In this document: one piece after another, positions 62,601 to 64,000 of the stretch
Layout: each line of letters starts with the position of its first letter
How positions within the stretch are numbered: position 1 is the first letter of the stretch
Assembly: GCA_047495785.1 (NCBI GenBank)
Contig: JBLDXI010000042.1
Location: 3,162,001-3,226,000 of the forward strand
Direction: 5' to 3'
Source of the DNA: Lepidodermella squamata
Taxonomy: Eukaryota; Animalia; Gastrotricha
DNA length: 64,000 nucleotides
Position numbers and translations under genes: made by a program
Notes under the pieces: generated by a model
Database searches by the model: none
Seen by the model: only the letters and a program-made list of their open reading frames with translations
What the model was told of the DNA's origin: nothing

Positions 62601-63923
62601 GCAGCGCCGCCGCGTGCGCGTCCGTCAGGGTCGCGGCCTTTGAAACGGCCGCGTTTTCCGAACACGAATTGCAAAATACGGTATCACAGGTTTCGCAGAA
62701 GAACAGTTCTTGAGACGGATGCTGTGCACAACGAGGCACCCTAAAGAAAAACATTCATTTCCGGATGAAAATTCATCAAAATCGGGAAAAATCGATAGAA
62801 ATTACCAGTCTTTTCTCTGAGATGTCAACAGATCGAGCAGTTGATTGACAATAAAACTCGGAGGCAGCGTTCCCACGCCGCCGCGAGGCACCGTTATTGA
62901 TTCTCGACAAATCGGGCAGCGAAAAGTACCGGCTTCAGATAGCTAAACAAAGAAAACAAATTTAAAAGAAGAGAAAATTGTTTTTTTTTAATTTCTTCAA
63001 TTTTAACAGGAATATCTCACAGCGGGACCAAATTTTTAAATTTTATGACTAAAACTAGAATTTCTGAAATTTCTTAGAAACTGGAACCTCTTGTTTTTGA
63101 TCACTTAAATTAAAATTTGGTTCTGCTGGAAATTTCATTCCATTTTTGAGTTTTACCGGTACACTTTTTTAATACCATCACAAAGCCGCAGGAGGACGAA
63201 AATTATATTTAGTCATATTTGGTCATATTTTGTCGTATGTCTTAGTTGCAGAACACTGGCACGTGCTACTAAGACATACGACAAAATATGAAGACATGAC
63301 CTAATTTCAATTGTAATTCATCTTGATAACTGGCAAGATCTGATAGCTCAGTTTTGTTTACTAGGCTGATTAATATCAGTGTATCAAATTTGCGTCATTT
63401 CCGTCATATTACAACGGCGTAAAAGCTGCGTAGCGCAGGTTGAAACTTGAGCGACAGCCCATCGTCAAATAAAGGTATCAAATGTTTTGATATCATTAAG
63501 GCGGCTGCCGGATAATAGGCCGACCGCCGATCCATAGCATCAAGCCCCACGAACACCCTGGTCAAAAATACTGGGTAAATATAGGTAGGCACTACTACTA
63601 CGACCAAGCATGATAATAACCGCTTCGATCGTGTCAACACGGCCAAGCCAACGCACTAAAAGCCTTCGCACCCTGTTACGAGGCATGATGACGATGGCCT
63701 GTGCCTTCAATTACGCGCAAATATACACGTGTAATTTACAGAAAGCTTCCTGTTGTAATGCCGCGTTACCAAAAATTACTCTCGTGCACCTGCGGCGGCG
63801 GGTGGGTCAACGAAAATGCCAGCCAAGTTACGTACCTGAGATTGGACGATTTTCTCTAGGCAACTGCGACACACCGTGTGCGAACATGACAGCAATTTCG
63901 GGGTCCGTTCCGAAGTGTCGTAC
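59671..63923 (-). CDS. TRIM-NHL protein (RING, B-box, coiled coil, filamin, NHL repeats), nhl-3/TRIM2-3-like; 5' end lies beyond the right edge
   Basis: RING exons YDTSERTPKLLSCSHTVCRSCL (63923-63836) and FRCPICRESITVPRGGVGTLPPSFIVNQLLDL. B-box CAQHPSQELFFCETCDTVFC, filamin repeat (VDYRGKPRTQGGD...DLQNGTY...IKGSPF) and NHL repeats ending LRRPAGLA...LVADLGNDSVKMYRYA. Confidence 0.88.
63224..63290. repeat. 67-nt hairpin with a 23-bp perfect stem in a TRIM-NHL intron
   Basis: CATATTTTGTCGTATGTCTTAGT-T-GCA-13-nt loop-TGC-T-ACTAAGACATACGACAAAATATG. Confidence 0.85.
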
Positions 63924-64000
63924 CTAGGGGGAAAATAACAATTGAATAAGCAAATAAAACAATTAAGTAGGATTTTTGCAATTCTAAAATTTCAAATTTT

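Noticed and set aside
63404-63830. GC-richer intronic segment with 80-105 aa ORFs inside the TRIM-NHL gene
   Set aside because: No recognisable domain or convincing splice sites; read-through from the RING exon stops quickly.
1-64000. CRISPR arrays, rRNA/tRNA genes and prokaryotic defence operons
   Set aside because: The sequence is intron-containing animal DNA; I saw no regularly spaced direct repeats and no tRNA or rRNA signatures.

Overview
Gene-dense eukaryotic genomic DNA from a compact-genome animal. Most introns are about 45-65 nt GT-AG with AT-rich TTTCAG/TTTTAG-type acceptors, and the motile-cilia genes plus a true Sec-containing SelT point to a ciliated invertebrate; the exact taxon cannot be determined. 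About 14 spliced genes are supported, in order: ZBBX (-, runs off the left end), FHAD1 (+), a tandem-DCX + EMAP (DCX-EMAP-like) gene (-), UBAC2 (-), selenoprotein T (+), an unidentified gene (+), DNAJC11 (-), ICMT (+), a GCK-III/STK24-25-26 kinase (+), two tandem CTR copper transporters (-), AGBL2/3 cytosolic carboxypeptidase (+), an orphan secreted prepropeptide-like gene (+) and a TRIM-NHL (nhl-3-like) gene (-, runs off the right end). Larger introns and intergenic regions hold many non-autonomous DNA-transposon MITEs, one of them nested. The best-supported hidden signals are: UGA recoding in SelT with a type-2 SECIS element; a shared E2F-like/AT-tract/X-box promoter layout at ciliary genes; a CTR paralog that has lost the extracellular methionines; an orphan neuropeptide-like precursor; a decayed antisense Myb/SANT-like ORF; and a pre-miRNA-sized hairpin. 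I found no unambiguous wholly new biological system. Gene identities come from recognising motifs by eye, not from database searches.
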